NCBI GenBank assembly: GCA_965216875.1
Contig: OZ244207.1
Location: 512,001-576,000, forward strand
Source: Rubripirellula sp.
GTDB taxonomy: Bacteria; Planctomycetota; Planctomycetia; Pirellulales; Pirellulaceae
Direction: 5' to 3'
DNA length: 64,000 nucleotides
The notes under the pieces are model-generated. The model saw only the letters and a list, made by a program, of their open reading frames with translations. It had not been told where the DNA came from and did no database searches. This document shows positions 62,426-64,000 of the stretch, piece by piece (positions within the stretch are counted from its first letter, which is position 1; each line of letters starts with the position of its first letter). A program made the translations under genes and the position numbers.

Positions 62426-64000
62426 TTAGTTCCGTGTCACGGTTTCGTACATGTTCAGCAGCGCCCGGCAAACGCTTGTCCAGGCGGCAAGTTCAATCGT
62501 TGCGTTTGGGTCATCGTCGACATCAATAGTTGATGATCGAGTGAGCTTGGTCGCTTCGTCAGTGTGCTCGCGATAGAAGCTTCGTTCTTTGGCAAGCAGC
62601 GTGGCAAGCGTTTCTCGTTCAACCGCATCGGGCGTTCGCGATGTTGCCTGCTGGAACAGATGCGAAAGCCGAGCGTCGTCATTGTGGTTTGCACTGGTCG
62701 AGGCCATCGCAATCGCGGCTTCGATCATCGTTGGGTCATTGAGCAGAACGAGTGCTTCGAGCGGCGTGTTGGACCGAGGTCGCTGGGCAGTGCACTCCTC
62801 GCGGCTTGGTGCGTCCATTGCTTTGAGCATTGGGTGCAGGAATTGACGTTGCCAGTGCACATAGACGCCGCGGCGCCATTGACGCTGGTCCGCGTGCGGT
62901 GCGTAAACACGTTTGGGAAAGTTCAGGTGTCGATAATAGCGAGCGGGTTGATATGGTTTGACGCTCGCCCCGCCCACTTCGCGAACAAGCAGACCGCTGA
63001 TGTCGATCGCGTTGTCACGCACCATTTCGGCGGGCATGCGAAACCGCGACTGTCGAGCAAACCATTGGTTTTCAGGGTCCGACTCAAGTTGCTGCTGCGG
63101 CGCAATCGACGATTGTTGATACGTTCTTGAAAGGACGAGCCGACGCAGCATGCGTTTGATGTCCCAGCCGCTATCGATAAAGTCGATGGCAAGTTGGTCG
63201 AGCAGTTCGGGATGCGTGGGCGGTTGGCCCTGGCCACCAAAATCAGCAAGTGACGTGGAGAGGCCGCGGCCGAAGGTCAAGTACCAAAGACGGTTCACAA
63301 AGACGCGAGCGGTCAATCCGCCGACGCCCTCTTCGGCATCAGTCAACCACTTGGCCAAGTCCATGCGATTTGCACGTCGGTCGAGCGGTGGAAGCCCTTT
63401 CATGAACGCCGGTACCGACGGCAGCATCACGGGGCCACTGTCATCAAGCCAATTGCCTCGCGGCAGGAATCGAATCTCACGCGGCTCGACCGGTTGGCTG
63501 ATCATCACCATCCGTTTTGATTTTTCAATACGGTCGCGTTCGGCTTTCCAGTCGCCAAGCTGATCTCGAATCGCTTGGTCATCCGCTTTCTTGAGTTCCG
63601 CCTCGGCATCGGCGATCTTCGCGTCGAGTGTTTCGGCGAGTTCGCGTTGCCATCGACTCAATACGGCGATTTCTGGAGGACGCTTGGTCGGCAACGCGTT
63701 GGTGCCAACTTTGAAGTGCTTTGCTTCGTCGATGTCTGCGAAAAAGGCAGCCATCGAATAAAAGTCTTCGGAAGTGTAGGGGTCGTACTTGTGGTCGTGG
63801 CATTGACTGCAACCGAGCGTTGCCCCCATCCAAACTTCCGAAAGGTTGCGAATCCGATCGGCCGAATAGATCGCAAGGTACTCTTTGGCTTGCACGCCAC
63901 CTTCATGCGACGTTTGCAGCAGTCGGTTGTAGCCGCTGGCGATCAGTTGATCCGTCGTCGCGTCATCGTGCAAATCACCAGCAAGTTGTTCGCGAGTGAA
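62426..64000 (-). CDS. DUF1549/DUF1553 (PSD1) protein, 5' end outside the window
   Basis: CSQCHDHKYDP, LTARVFVNRLW, PTHPELLDQL, AEMVRDN and SNTPLEALVLLND. Confidence 0.93.
   Translation of the reverse strand, partial: FTREQLAGDLHDDATTDQLIASGYNRLLQTSHEGGVQAKEYLAIYSADRIRNLSEVWMGATLGCSQCHDHKYDPYTSEDFYSMAAFFADIDEAKHFKVGTNALPTKRPPEIAVLSRWQRELAETLDAKIADAEAELKKADDQAIRDQLGDWKAERDRIEKSKRMVMISQPVEPREIRFLPRGNWLDDSGPVMLPSVPAFMKGLPPLDRRANRMDLAKWLTDAEEGVGGLTARVFVNRLWYLTFGRGLSTSLADFGGQGQPPTHPELLDQLAIDFIDSGWDIKRMLRRLVLSRTYQQSSIAPQQQLESDPENQWFARQSRFRMPAEMVRDNAIDISGLLVREVGGASVKPYQPARYYRHLNFPKRVYAPHADQRQWRRGVYVHWQRQFLHPMLKAMDAPSREECTAQRPRSNTPLEALVLLNDPTMIEAAIAMASTSANHNDDARLSHLFQQATSRTPDAVERETLATLLAKERSFYREHTDEATKLTRSSTIDVDDDPNATIELAAWTSVCRALLNMYETVTRN

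Overview
A 64-kb, GC-rich, gene-dense chromosomal segment from a Planctomycete, probably Pirellulaceae (Rhodopirellula/Stieleria/Novipirellula-like). The assignment rests on DUF1559 prepilin-like proteins, two DUF1549/1553-DUF1501 pairs, a PVC-type CxxCH heme protein, six Cys-type sulfatases, a planctomycete dockerin and dense GTAG/GTGAG REP-like palindromes. About 45 CDSs are supported, including an NfeD pair, FG-GAP/ASPIC proteins, pilT, a BlaI/M56 operon, acnB, an ECF/FecR/sulfatase unit and infA. I saw no rRNA, tRNA, transposase or true CRISPR array. Three observations stand out. (1) An A10 run ending in an A_AAA_AAG slippery heptamer, followed by a hairpin (30504-30566), joins a secreted ThuA-like ORF to a signal-less SGNH/beta-propeller/cytochrome c ORF in the -1 frame; this is a candidate programmed frameshift or transcriptional slippage site. 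(2) An AbiE-like type IV toxin-antitoxin pair has a precisely built 118-bp dyad-symmetric array of four 23-bp TTTAC-N13-TTTAC sites upstream (50384-50501). (3) An ECF sigma gene is split by one in-frame TAG and lies next to an apparently 5'-truncated dockerin gene, suggesting a deletion scar. All calls come from reading the sequence and recognising motifs; no database searches were run.
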